DNA from: a virus
IMG/VR virus record: IMGVR_UViG_3300020421_000007
Span: 19,090 to 83,089 of that record
Length of the DNA stretch: 64,000 nucleotides
Direction: 5' to 3' (one strand)
Shown here: positions 19,901 through 27,561 of the stretch, piece after piece
Position numbering within the stretch: position 1 is the first letter of the stretch
Layout of the letters: every line of letters starts with the position of its first letter
Made by a program: the position numbers and the translations under genes
Notes under the pieces: generated by a model
Told to the model about the DNA's origin: nothing
The model's database searches: none
What the model saw: the letters and a program-made list of their open reading frames with translations, nothing else

Positions 19901-22544
19901 AACTGTTATTGAATTTGAGAGAAGTGCTTCTCCACTTACACTAGAATCTAGTTTCACGCAAGGTAATTTTGTAGACGATATTGTTATTGTTAATGGTGGA
20001 TCTGGATACACAAATAGTCAATACTTTGATGTTTCCATCGATGGTGGAACTGGAACAGGTTTAAAAGCAAATATTATTGTTGCTAATGGAGAAGTAACAG
20101 AACTTACTGTTACTGATGGTGGTAGTGGATATAGTGCTGACTTTAGTGTTACTCCACTTCCAGCACAAATTGGCGCTGGATCTGGTTTAGTTCTTGCTGC
20201 TAAGTTAAGCACTCAGAACAAACAATACGCAAATGTTTCTATTGATGTTAACAGAGTAACAGATGCTACTATTTCGTCTGATTTGTTTGGAACAGTTGGT
20301 GTTGCTAGATTCTTAAAATCGCAGTTTGAAATTGGTGAAGTTGGAAACGGATCTGTAAAACTTAAAACTGGTTCCGATTCTGGACTAGACGCTGACCTTC
20401 TTGATGGTGCCCAAGGTGTTTTCTATACAAATGCTAGCAACCTTTCAGCGGGTACTGTTCCTATTGAAAGAATGTCTGGTACTTATAATATCAGTATTTC
20501 TGGTCAATCTGGTAACACTCTACGTTTAATTTCATCTACTAACAACCCAACATCTAGTCCAGATCCTGATACTTTCTCTACAGGTATTGTTGCCAACACT
20601 CTAAACAATACTGCTACATCACTATCTGATGGTGGATCTAGAGCACTTATCATGACTCTGAGGAACTTTGGTTCCAGTACGGATGCTACTGGTGGTGGCG
20701 CTAGACAATTAGGATTTACAGATAATGATAATATGTGGATCCGTGGTTCTGGATCTACATTAACATCATGGGGTACTTGGTATAAGATCTGGAGTTCTGG
20801 TAACGATGGTGTTGGTTCTGGATTAGATGCTGATAGACTTGATAACAAACAAGGATCTTGGTATCAGAATGCATTAAACATTAACACAGGAACTTTATCT
20901 GATAATAGATTACCAATTTATCAAACTCATAAGTATTTTGAAAATCAGTTAAGCATTAGAGCTGCCGCTGGAAATCCAAGATATAGAATTTATGTTGAGG
21001 GACAACTACTAACCACTTCACCATTCCTTGCTGGTCAGCAAGTTAATTTATATGATTCAAATGCTCAAGGAACTGGTACTATTTTAATTAGTGCTATTCC
21101 CACAAATGTAGATAGTAATGATGCCACTAATAATTATTCTATCATCGAAGGTGTACTTCAAACTGGTACATTTACTGGAGCAATTGCCATTGGTACTACA
21201 GCAGTTTCTGTTCCCTTCCAAGACTTCAGTCTAGATGATGCTGGAACATTTGAAGTTAACAAACTTTATAGTGCTTCAGGTACTGGTATTCTTGCTCTTG
21301 GTAGGGTTGATGGTGTTGCTGCGACAAGTCCAGCAATTCACTTTAGATCTAGTCTAACTCCTGCTACTGGTGGATATAACGTTGCTCTTACTGCTACTGG
21401 TGGAGGAACTACACTAGGATCAGGAACTCTTAACGCTACAGTTGCTAACGCTGATGGTTTCACCATTAATAATAACGTTATCTGGAATGCTGGTAACATT
21501 ACATTTGCTTCTAATAACGTTGTTAATACCGCAGTTAAACGTGACGCTTCTGGCAACTTTGCCGCTGGAACAATCACTGCAAATATAACTGGTGCTTCTT
21601 CACTGAACGTTTTGAAATCAGGCGATACCATGACTGGTAACCTGCAGTGGTCTCAAACTGATCGTGGTCTTGTTTGGGGATTCAATACTGATGGTGCTTC
21701 AATTAAGTTCTATAATACTGGTAATGCTGATACCAATTCAAGATTAGAATTTAACGTTAATGATGATGCCAATGAGTTCTTCCGTTGGACTGGAACTGTG
21801 GGTGGAACTGCCAGAGAATTCATGAAGTTGGTTCCAGCATCTACTGATTACAATGGCAGATTATCTATCCGTGGTATTACTACAATTGAAGCAAATCATA
21901 CAGGAAGTGATCCATATGCTCAGTTAGTTGTTAAGGGTAGAGGAACTGGTGCTTCTTCATATACTGGCATTGTTCTAGATAATCCCGCAAGTCTACAATC
22001 TCATATTAGATTTGCTGATAATGGAAGTTTGAAGTGTCAACTTAGATGGCACAATGGAACAACTCAAGATAACAAACTTAAAATTTATTCATGGATCACT
22101 AGTAGCGATTTTGTTACCTTTGATGCTGCTCAAGGAAACATGGGTGTGGGTACAACTTCACCAAGTTCTAATTATAAATTACAAGTTGCTGGAGCATTTG
22201 CTGCCACCAGCAAGTCGTTCTGTATTGAGCACCCAACTAAAGAGAACCACAACCTCGTCTACGGATCTCTGGAGGGTCCTGAGCACGGTGTATACGTTCG
22301 TGGTAAGGCAAGTAAGGTTATTGAACTTCCAGACTACTGGACCGCTCTTGTAGACGAGAACAGCATTACAGTTCAACTAACACCAATTGGTAACCATAGA
22401 GCATGGGTTGAGAAGATCGAAAACAATAAGATCTTCATCAATGGTGGAGAGTCGTTCTACTTCGTTCAGGCAACACGTAAGGATATTCTACCACTAGAGG
22501 TAGAAGTTGAACTACCTACTGAGGAAAACGAAAATGGCAATTAG
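13905..22544 (+). CDS. Giant tail fibre/spike protein with beta-helix, two phycobiliprotein-like helical inserts and conserved C-terminal domain
   Basis: 2879 aa. VYVS..GSDNNDG....PVRTIKRA beta-helix cap, GLDAD(L/R)LD fibre repeats, KCxRD helical modules, C-terminal SKSFCIEHPTK...LEGPEHGVYVRG domain. Confidence 0.75.
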   Translation: MSLDFNVDKQILSGTEPKILGSENFIVRSGSGSDEKEVFRTLLDPSTKLPRLGINRTGNKVESITVNENQGGTGYTVVPNVELSYPDPNNLAFGTRALASALINNGQVVAIVVDNQGAGYTSAPTVTITGGGGSGAAATAVLDTVDFELDINGAIRTSTSIISDTAKILNLDIDNFITPDANFRAPNLKTWANNSGTPWAANIVLQKGDYYYNGGNIYEVLETGLSGTVGPVHIDGIEPNGDASLKHIGFRVINPDLPLYNDTGDSGIFPRSITPKLGDKSDKIATTEYVLNLATNDVGGRVYVSQSIGSDNNDGRSAAAPVRTIKRACQVASESVGVKETVIIAGGDYVEDNPISIPPDCSIVGDNLRLVIVRPANPGKHIFKFGDKNYVIGVTFRDQINSAGDAVATWDFAMVFDDKQRVYFDRNAGGDFGRSFPIGHQIFGPEKIRVTFQTNTGTNQLLVGETVRGVNTGAVGTVTSVTFDETDANEPDAFVNGSIEIDIVSGSFNLGETFEYEIGAAPNITTFEFVAVGLKSIRAEGEVVSTGMDLTNTLSIARIDTTLQGTAEVSQNGFGSETEGNAEDLGGIVIYTNELLGRDNIHDFQNGDEVIISGLPSSNPDLSFLNGKQRIYKVLEDADGRSRRFVIPKKTTYSNANYVPVSASVSHYADYVTLTLLNSPNKFERANYVARRYQDACNLIRNNADFIAAEVVGQVNKEFAKEYFEVSAVNTNANTFQVYTTPNNFVHTYVSGGTVSYGGQTFTVTDLDYSNISGIGTITLNSSPNFTDGQTVKIEGIIVSCTVNGVTSQKEYPSFNIPIGDYKCTRDLKIIIHSLLMDLEYGSNDNVIEAAKRYIVGNQIDFVDKEIIQTVRAIEYTRQLCILAMRNWRVGTGLVTEPIYVPKYATGVARYFDDTVITTTAGVNADGSASDGTACADVKSAIDTLAYLFVDVLANNASGTLLDAAYLIARNRDLIVDQALIDAQITYPSLSLGVLGEYKCRRDSNIILTNVIRDLVLGGNAGIVTAAESYYTGTELTGLPANEVAATIYAFGKVKDYAIDAMRNWTDGTAASAPVLATATNATYNSNTGDVTVTIADPATALTTSDRVAFKEGAMTWTCSSNGGGDLASPTFQDRNNGRSLEIISVSSSSGSTTFTFNVGDAGSVQGVAHTFVSGLANGVVLIYEPLAANSSSIPRYDDWNILPDPSDPNCATVASAITTSFELLEDILDGTTAPGGTVKTFGTLYDTTNIINYASTTLYDANNDRITPTAVYDDLPIIEASPYTQNSSIISFLGGGGSLVDGSKVKSPNCPFPGLEPDGSASFPNQGKSMVASAFTIVSFGGTGYKVVEDGYTQLVSVFVIFCEDGILCETGGYASVTNSATNFGTFALRATGFRKDPYTFDVGQIVGVSSSTGTNRTQFRVSGLGREPLEHYIVKIDGYKNHNPDIEFFVETVEQVTVGPPFEALLTLESGSGGAAEFEDVNNPGVIVSNSLAEFSGVTLRLHRPSIVNSSSHTWEFAGSGTNYNALPENGGTKIEANEQVPQNYGRVYCSGTDELGDFKVGTFAKIENRTGAITFTGTVTISEVEFLKLKGGDVVVTGFDASNTLGGANSTDSKLPTQKAVKDYITNNLGPYLNKPYSTNAVPRALVELTDSGKISIDQIPALRPFSVFTVADQAERLALEGALAGDIAIQQDNNVSFILNNDLSSLFVGFPIDSNLVFNTGDIYTGSNTGGRIQATEYRQGVVYQLNITDAGSGYTSAPTVTINHAGNAPSVEAKAVATIANGQVVTLTLITFNSYIGGLGYDAQPTVNIAAPGGGGTTAVASALIESRVYGDIVNNIKIDDTDSIDDSDSPANTVSINRVVNTSSNIASNWVSLSATQISATDITSGIISTSRLALNSSAANSFTFLRGDQAYAPAVQSFKAAETRYFAILSSQANNGSSQLVFPTNADVLKGHEVKATVNGIQVNTTISVVVTAAGFTTITLNNPVNQNIPAGTVIEFERSASPLTLESSFTQGNFVDDIVIVNGGSGYTNSQYFDVSIDGGTGTGLKANIIVANGEVTELTVTDGGSGYSADFSVTPLPAQIGAGSGLVLAAKLSTQNKQYANVSIDVNRVTDATISSDLFGTVGVARFLKSQFEIGEVGNGSVKLKTGSDSGLDADLLDGAQGVFYTNASNLSAGTVPIERMSGTYNISISGQSGNTLRLISSTNNPTSSPDPDTFSTGIVANTLNNTATSLSDGGSRALIMTLRNFGSSTDATGGGARQLGFTDNDNMWIRGSGSTLTSWGTWYKIWSSGNDGVGSGLDADRLDNKQGSWYQNALNINTGTLSDNRLPIYQTHKYFENQLSIRAAAGNPRYRIYVEGQLLTTSPFLAGQQVNLYDSNAQGTGTILISAIPTNVDSNDATNNYSIIEGVLQTGTFTGAIAIGTTAVSVPFQDFSLDDAGTFEVNKLYSASGTGILALGRVDGVAATSPAIHFRSSLTPATGGYNVALTATGGGTTLGSGTLNATVANADGFTINNNVIWNAGNITFASNNVVNTAVKRDASGNFAAGTITANITGASSLNVLKSGDTMTGNLQWSQTDRGLVWGFNTDGASIKFYNTGNADTNSRLEFNVNDDANEFFRWTGTVGGTAREFMKLVPASTDYNGRLSIRGITTIEANHTGSDPYAQLVVKGRGTGASSYTGIVLDNPASLQSHIRFADNGSLKCQLRWHNGTTQDNKLKIYSWITSSDFVTFDAAQGNMGVGTTSPSSNYKLQVAGAFAATSKSFCIEHPTKENHNLVYGSLEGPEHGVYVRGKASKVIELPDYWTALVDENSITVQLTPIGNHRAWVEKIENNKIFINGGESFYFVQATRKDILPLEVEVELPTEENENGN

Positions 22545-23190
22545 ATATGGAAAAGGATCTAGAAGAATTACTTCTGGAGATATCCTAGCATACTACACCA
22601 ACAATATGAATAATGTTTCTTCTGGAGATGTTGGTGGTGGTTATGAATTTTATGGAACAAATACTCAAGGTGGTTGTGGTAATGTTAATGGTGATGCTGG
22701 TGTTTTAATTGTTCTTAAGGATGACATCTCTTGGAATAGAGTTACATGCCAATTTGAATTTGATGGCACTGCTTCTTGCTGGACTTTTTTAGGCGCAGGT
22801 TCTAGCACCAATTCAACACAAGATGCTGCTGGTTATGGTTATGGAGCAAATGGTCCCAGTGTTCCAACAGAAATGTCTAATAGCAACAATTATAATGCTG
22901 GTGGTCATGGAAACATTTATGAATATAACGAAAATTTAGGAGATAGAATTTTTAATGATGTTAATGCTTTTAGTGATAGTGGTAACTTCATTAGAAAAGC
23001 AAGTGCCTGTGACAACGAAAATACTAATATGTTCCATGGTAGTTTTAATGATGCTGGATACAAATCATTTTGGACTACAAGAAGAAGAGTTGAAAATGGA
23101 TATCCAGGTGGAGTTTGGCATGGAAGATCCTGTGCTAGCACAGGAAGATATATAAGGATAAAGAATATTTTTGTTTGGTACGAGGGATAA
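22534..23190 (+). CDS. Hypothetical Gly/Asn/Cys-rich protein, probably virion-associated
   Basis: The ATG at 22534 (MAIRYGKG) overlaps the fibre gene end and is preferred over the track's TTG start. Confidence 0.6.
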   Translation: MAIRYGKGSRRITSGDILAYYTNNMNNVSSGDVGGGYEFYGTNTQGGCGNVNGDAGVLIVLKDDISWNRVTCQFEFDGTASCWTFLGAGSSTNSTQDAAGYGYGANGPSVPTEMSNSNNYNAGGHGNIYEYNENLGDRIFNDVNAFSDSGNFIRKASACDNENTNMFHGSFNDAGYKSFWTTRRRVENGYPGGVWHGRSCASTGRYIRIKNIFVWYEG

Positions 23191-23193
23191 CCA

Positions 23194-23961
23194 ATGGCAA
23201 CATTTACAGGACCACATGGAGTACAAAGAGGATTAATATTTTGTGTAGATGCAGGTAATCCTAAGTCTTACAAATCTGGAGATGCTGAGTGGAAAAATAT
23301 TGCTCCTACAACTTTTGGAAATATGAAACCTGTCTCTGGATTTAATTCACAGTGTCAGTGGAATTCAAATGGATATTTTGATATCAATAGTTATGCTGAT
23401 AATCCACAACCAAATGCTATTGCTAGTTCCACAAACGATGCCCACATTTATCATACGGTTCCATCTGAATTTAGATTGGATGGCAGTAGTCAAGATAAAA
23501 GTTATGAAGCTTGGTTTAGAATAACAAATTTATCATATACTAATGGTTCTATTTTTAGGACTATGACTGGTACTGGTTGTAGCTATGCTTGTAATGGAGG
23601 TATAGAATATAATAATGGAGTTGTAGAATTTACCCATTATGATAATAATGCTTATCATTTAACTAATGGTGGGTATGTTGCTACTCCAGGTGTTTGGATT
23701 CATGCTGTAGGAAGTTATACTTCTGGAGAAAATCCAAATAAAAAATTATATATTAATGGTGAATTAAATGCTTCTATGAATACATCAGCATTTGATTATG
23801 CTTCTGGTGGAGTGTATATTGAAATTGGTTTTAATAGAAAAGCAAATGCCCCAAGAACATTTGATGGTGACATTGCTATTGTCAGTATGTACAACGTTGG
23901 TCTTACGGCAGCAGAGGTTAAACAAAACTTTGATGCCAATAGAGCAAGATTTGGAATATAA
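23194..23961 (+). CDS. LamG/concanavalin A-like lectin domain protein
   Basis: GLIFCVDAGNPKSY, SYEAWF, WIHAVGSY, KLYINGEL, FDGDIAIVSMYN..LTAAEVKQNF. Confidence 0.8.
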   Translation: MATFTGPHGVQRGLIFCVDAGNPKSYKSGDAEWKNIAPTTFGNMKPVSGFNSQCQWNSNGYFDINSYADNPQPNAIASSTNDAHIYHTVPSEFRLDGSSQDKSYEAWFRITNLSYTNGSIFRTMTGTGCSYACNGGIEYNNGVVEFTHYDNNAYHLTNGGYVATPGVWIHAVGSYTSGENPNKKLYINGELNASMNTSAFDYASGGVYIEIGFNRKANAPRTFDGDIAIVSMYNVGLTAAEVKQNFDANRARFGI

Positions 23962-23964
23962 ATA
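23957..23964 (+). promoter_or_regulatory. T4-type late promoter
   Basis: Exact TATAAATA 22 nt before the ATG at 23987. Confidence 0.85.
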
Positions 23965-23986
23965 CTCAATAAAGGTCTAACTCAAG

Positions 23987-25987
23987 ATGGCGAATTCTGA
24001 TAAGGACATCCTTATAACGCCCAATAGAGGCACAGCGAATATACCAGAAATTAGTTTTGTCGGACAAGATAATGCACCGATTAAACTTCGCGTACTTGAT
24101 GACAACACGTTATCCTTTGAAGGAAACTCGGGACAACTATTTTCTATTGATGATAATTTAACTACTGGAACAATATTTGCTGTTTCCGATATTAGTGGCG
24201 TACCATCAATTCAAGTTGATGCTAATGGAAGAATCGACATTGCCAGATATGGTGGATCATTAAATATCGGCAATAATAATAACACCACAGACAGAGCACT
24301 ATGTGTTACTGGTGAGATAGCACTAACAACTATAAATTCAACACCAGCTGGTTTATGTTTCTGGGAAAGTGGAGATAATACTGGTACAGCACCAGCACAG
24401 ATTTATTGGGATGGACCTGGATATGCTGATAACAACAACTATCTTTCTCTCAGAACAAATAGTGCGGACAGATTAACAGTAACATATGCTGGTGCTGTTG
24501 GATTGGGCACCAACGCACCAAATAAAAAATTCCATCTTTATGGTGGTCATGGTGATACTTCCATGAGATTGACACTGCCATCAGGAAACAATGGTGCAGG
24601 AACTGGTGATATTCATATGCAACTATGGGTATCAGAACCAGGAAGGACCTGGGATGGTGGTGGCATTGGTATGAATGTTACCAATTATTATACAACGTCA
24701 TATCCATCATCTGCTAATGATCAATCAAATAATTATTTCCCACAACTGAATAGTGCCATCGGTCAAGCATATTTGAGATTTTTCCCTAATGGAGGAAGAA
24801 TCGAATTCTCTACGATGGACAATGATGGTACATCATATAGAGAACAAATCCATATGCTTAAAGGTGGCATTGGTATCAATACCACCACAGATGTCGGAAG
24901 CACTTACAAATTAGTTGTTGGTGGTGATATTAATTTTACTGGTGAATTATATCAAAATGGAACAATTTTTGAAACTCTACCTCCACAAAGCGCAGCTACA
25001 ATTGGCGCAGCATTAAGATCTGATGGCACCAATGCTTTCTGGGATATTGGTGATCCATGGGGTGGTAACGGTACTGATGATCTTCCACACGCAGTAGAAG
25101 ACAGATATAGAGTTGGATTCCAAATTAGCAGAGGATATGCTATGGCGGGATATAAGAACAGCACATCTTATAAGAATGTATGTTCTCTCGACATGGCAAA
25201 TAATACCATCACAAATCATGGAGACATTTTAACAAATGGTCAAGGTTATTGTGCGGGAGCACAAAACTTAAGCATGTACGCATACGTTATGATTGCGGTC
25301 AATGGTGTTGGTGGTACTGGATCTACTGTATCTAAGATCAATATGAATACATCATCAAACGCAAATACAACATCTATTAATAATAATAGATCTGCTACAA
25401 GTTTGATGAGGAGAGACTTTAAGTATGCGTATGTTTATGGTGGAGGAGACAGTAGACCAGATAGATTTAATTTAACTAATGACACTTCTGCTTTATCTCC
25501 AAATGGTAACCCAGCAGGTGGTGAAAATAATCCAGCAGGTGGTTTTGGTGCTACCTATGGATGGACTAGAAGAAATGGAGCATACTTATTCAGTTGGGCT
25601 GCTGAAACTTATACTGCTTGGCCAAGTTCGCCTGGAACCGATGGATCGAATAAAACCTTAAATGCCAGACATGGATTTAATTATTGGAATACTGCTGGTG
25701 GATATAGAACTTCATCAAACCTTTCTAAGAGAAGCGCCCTTACAGGATCTGAGGCAACTCAGGTTGGTAAATTTGAATGTGGAGAAGAAACTTTCTTTAC
25801 TGGTATGAACCGTGGATACATGTGTGGTATGTATGATGGTGCTCAAAAGAACACAGGAGCAGTTCTAAATTATTCTGCTGAAACATTTACTGCTGATAGT
25901 AATATAGATAGACAAGGACCACCTGGATCTGCTTCTGGAGCTGGTGCTGAGTTTGGTACAGTTCTAACAGGTTACGACGGAGTATAA
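23987..25987 (+). CDS. Tail fibre-like protein with C-terminal kelch-like beta-propeller
   Basis: Fibre motifs (GAVGLGTNAP, GDINFTGELYQNG), then about six aromatic-Gly repeats (RGYAMAGY, YAYVYGGG, RGYMCGMYDG). Confidence 0.65.
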   Translation: MANSDKDILITPNRGTANIPEISFVGQDNAPIKLRVLDDNTLSFEGNSGQLFSIDDNLTTGTIFAVSDISGVPSIQVDANGRIDIARYGGSLNIGNNNNTTDRALCVTGEIALTTINSTPAGLCFWESGDNTGTAPAQIYWDGPGYADNNNYLSLRTNSADRLTVTYAGAVGLGTNAPNKKFHLYGGHGDTSMRLTLPSGNNGAGTGDIHMQLWVSEPGRTWDGGGIGMNVTNYYTTSYPSSANDQSNNYFPQLNSAIGQAYLRFFPNGGRIEFSTMDNDGTSYREQIHMLKGGIGINTTTDVGSTYKLVVGGDINFTGELYQNGTIFETLPPQSAATIGAALRSDGTNAFWDIGDPWGGNGTDDLPHAVEDRYRVGFQISRGYAMAGYKNSTSYKNVCSLDMANNTITNHGDILTNGQGYCAGAQNLSMYAYVMIAVNGVGGTGSTVSKINMNTSSNANTTSINNNRSATSLMRRDFKYAYVYGGGDSRPDRFNLTNDTSALSPNGNPAGGENNPAGGFGATYGWTRRNGAYLFSWAAETYTAWPSSPGTDGSNKTLNARHGFNYWNTAGGYRTSSNLSKRSALTGSEATQVGKFECGEETFFTGMNRGYMCGMYDGAQKNTGAVLNYSAETFTADSNIDRQGPPGSASGAGAEFGTVLTGYDGV

Positions 25988-25989
25988 AA

Positions 25990-26742
25990 ATGAGAAGTTA
26001 TTATCTTACAAATTCCAGAGCAGTATCTAAACTGTTTTCTTTTAAAACGCATGGAGAAATCCTTAATTGGAGATTCTTTTCTATTGATTATCTCGACAAA
26101 GATAATTTAAAGGAACTAGCTCCACGATGTATTGAAGTGGAAAAGGATGTTGCTATATTTGGCATTAAATCTTGGGGAGAAACTAGAGATGAAATTTCTG
26201 TATATAACACAGAATGTGAAGTAGATAATGAATTTGAAGAGTTTGATGTTGTAGCAGCAAATCCTAAAGATACTCAAGGAAAAATTAAAATTCCTATGAG
26301 TGATAAAAGAAAGGGTGTTGTTAGAAAAGCAATGAAATTAATTGCTAAAGTTATTATTGAAGATGAATATGATGTTAAATATCGTAGTTACTTGGCAAAA
26401 ACTTCCGCCTTAGAAAGAGACACATGGAAATATCAGGTAGAAGATACTGATTTTAGAAACTCTCTTGCTGATATTAAAGGACGCGAAAGAGAAGAATTTG
26501 GAAACATTGTTTTTAGTAGTGGAAACTCCCATGAGGACTATATAAAAACATTATACATAGAGTGTCAGTCATTAAAACAAAAATTTTATGATGCTGTGAC
26601 TATTGAAGATCTAAGTGTTTTATATGAAGATCATTTCAATCTTCCCATGCAGTCCCATCTTGCTATTAAGTTGGGTAGAGAAATTGTTAATGCTGATAAA
26701 CCAAACGAAAGACTAGATGTTGGAGTTGGTTTAAATTTTTAA
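25990..26742 (+). CDS. Hypothetical protein, possibly fibre-assembly/chaperone-like
   Basis: 250 aa; helical C-half with ERDTWKYQ, resembling the ExxTWxxQ motif of some tail-fibre assembly proteins. Confidence 0.5.
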   Translation: MRSYYLTNSRAVSKLFSFKTHGEILNWRFFSIDYLDKDNLKELAPRCIEVEKDVAIFGIKSWGETRDEISVYNTECEVDNEFEEFDVVAANPKDTQGKIKIPMSDKRKGVVRKAMKLIAKVIIEDEYDVKYRSYLAKTSALERDTWKYQVEDTDFRNSLADIKGREREEFGNIVFSSGNSHEDYIKTLYIECQSLKQKFYDAVTIEDLSVLYEDHFNLPMQSHLAIKLGREIVNADKPNERLDVGVGLNF

Positions 26743-26760
26743 ATTAATTTTTGAATCGCC

Positions 26761-27561
26761 ATGGCAATTGATGCAAATGAATTAGATATTGATACTATTG
26801 TAGATATCGCTAAAAAATGGGCAAGTGGTATGTCACCTCAGCAGTGTGACATGTATGTAATTCATTCTCAAGTTACAAAAGACAGGCAGGTTAAACAATG
26901 TCTGATGGAAATTGAGAATAGAAATCACAATTTACAAAAACTTGATATTGAAAAGAGGAAGCACGAAGTAAATCTTAGAAAGGTTACTGCTTTATATGAG
27001 GCAGAAGAAGATCCTGATGAAAAGGAACTTTTTCAAATTGAACTCGATAGTATGGCTTTAGATTTTGATGTGTTTAAACGCAGAAAAATTACACAAGAAA
27101 AAGAAATTCAAAGTTTCTTTCAGTGGTTGCTTGATGAAGGGTATACTGCTGAAGAATTAGAAAAAAGATTGGAGTATGATCCCGAAGAAGAAAGAAAGTA
27201 TTGGATTTCTAGAATGGGTAAACAAGCAGCTCTTGATGTTGTATTCCAAGGAAGAATTGGAACAGGCAATTTAGATTCAATTGCCATGATGAAAGAGACA
27301 GATCAGCAAGCAATTTTAGAAATTGCTATGCAATATTCTGCATTGTATAATGTAAGTATGAAAAAAATTCAAGAGAGACTTCTTCCATACATTCAACAAA
27401 TGGAAGAAAGTTCCACTGGAGCATTACCAACATTCCATGGCATCGATGATAATCTTGAAATTGGTTTATTGAGTGAATTAAAAACTATTAAAGGTGAATT
27501 GAATGCCGCCAAACCATCCACACCAAGTCTTCAGCTTACCTATAAACCCAAAGCTTCCTGA
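26761..27561 (+). CDS. Hypothetical coiled-coil protein
   Basis: 266 aa, E/K/L-rich heptad pattern. Confidence 0.6.
   Translation: MAIDANELDIDTIVDIAKKWASGMSPQQCDMYVIHSQVTKDRQVKQCLMEIENRNHNLQKLDIEKRKHEVNLRKVTALYEAEEDPDEKELFQIELDSMALDFDVFKRRKITQEKEIQSFFQWLLDEGYTAEELEKRLEYDPEEERKYWISRMGKQAALDVVFQGRIGTGNLDSIAMMKETDQQAILEIAMQYSALYNVSMKKIQERLLPYIQQMEESSTGALPTFHGIDDNLEIGLLSELKTIKGELNAAKPSTPSLQLTYKPKAS

Noticed and set aside
22200-22544. Peptidase S74 intramolecular chaperone at the fibre C-terminus
   Set aside because: It lacks the SDxRLK signature, so it is left as an unnamed conserved C-terminal domain.
13905-25987. Diversity-generating retroelement or invertible cassette acting on fibre genes
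   Set aside because: No reverse transcriptase or invertase is present, and no long near-identical repeat pair differing at adenines was seen.
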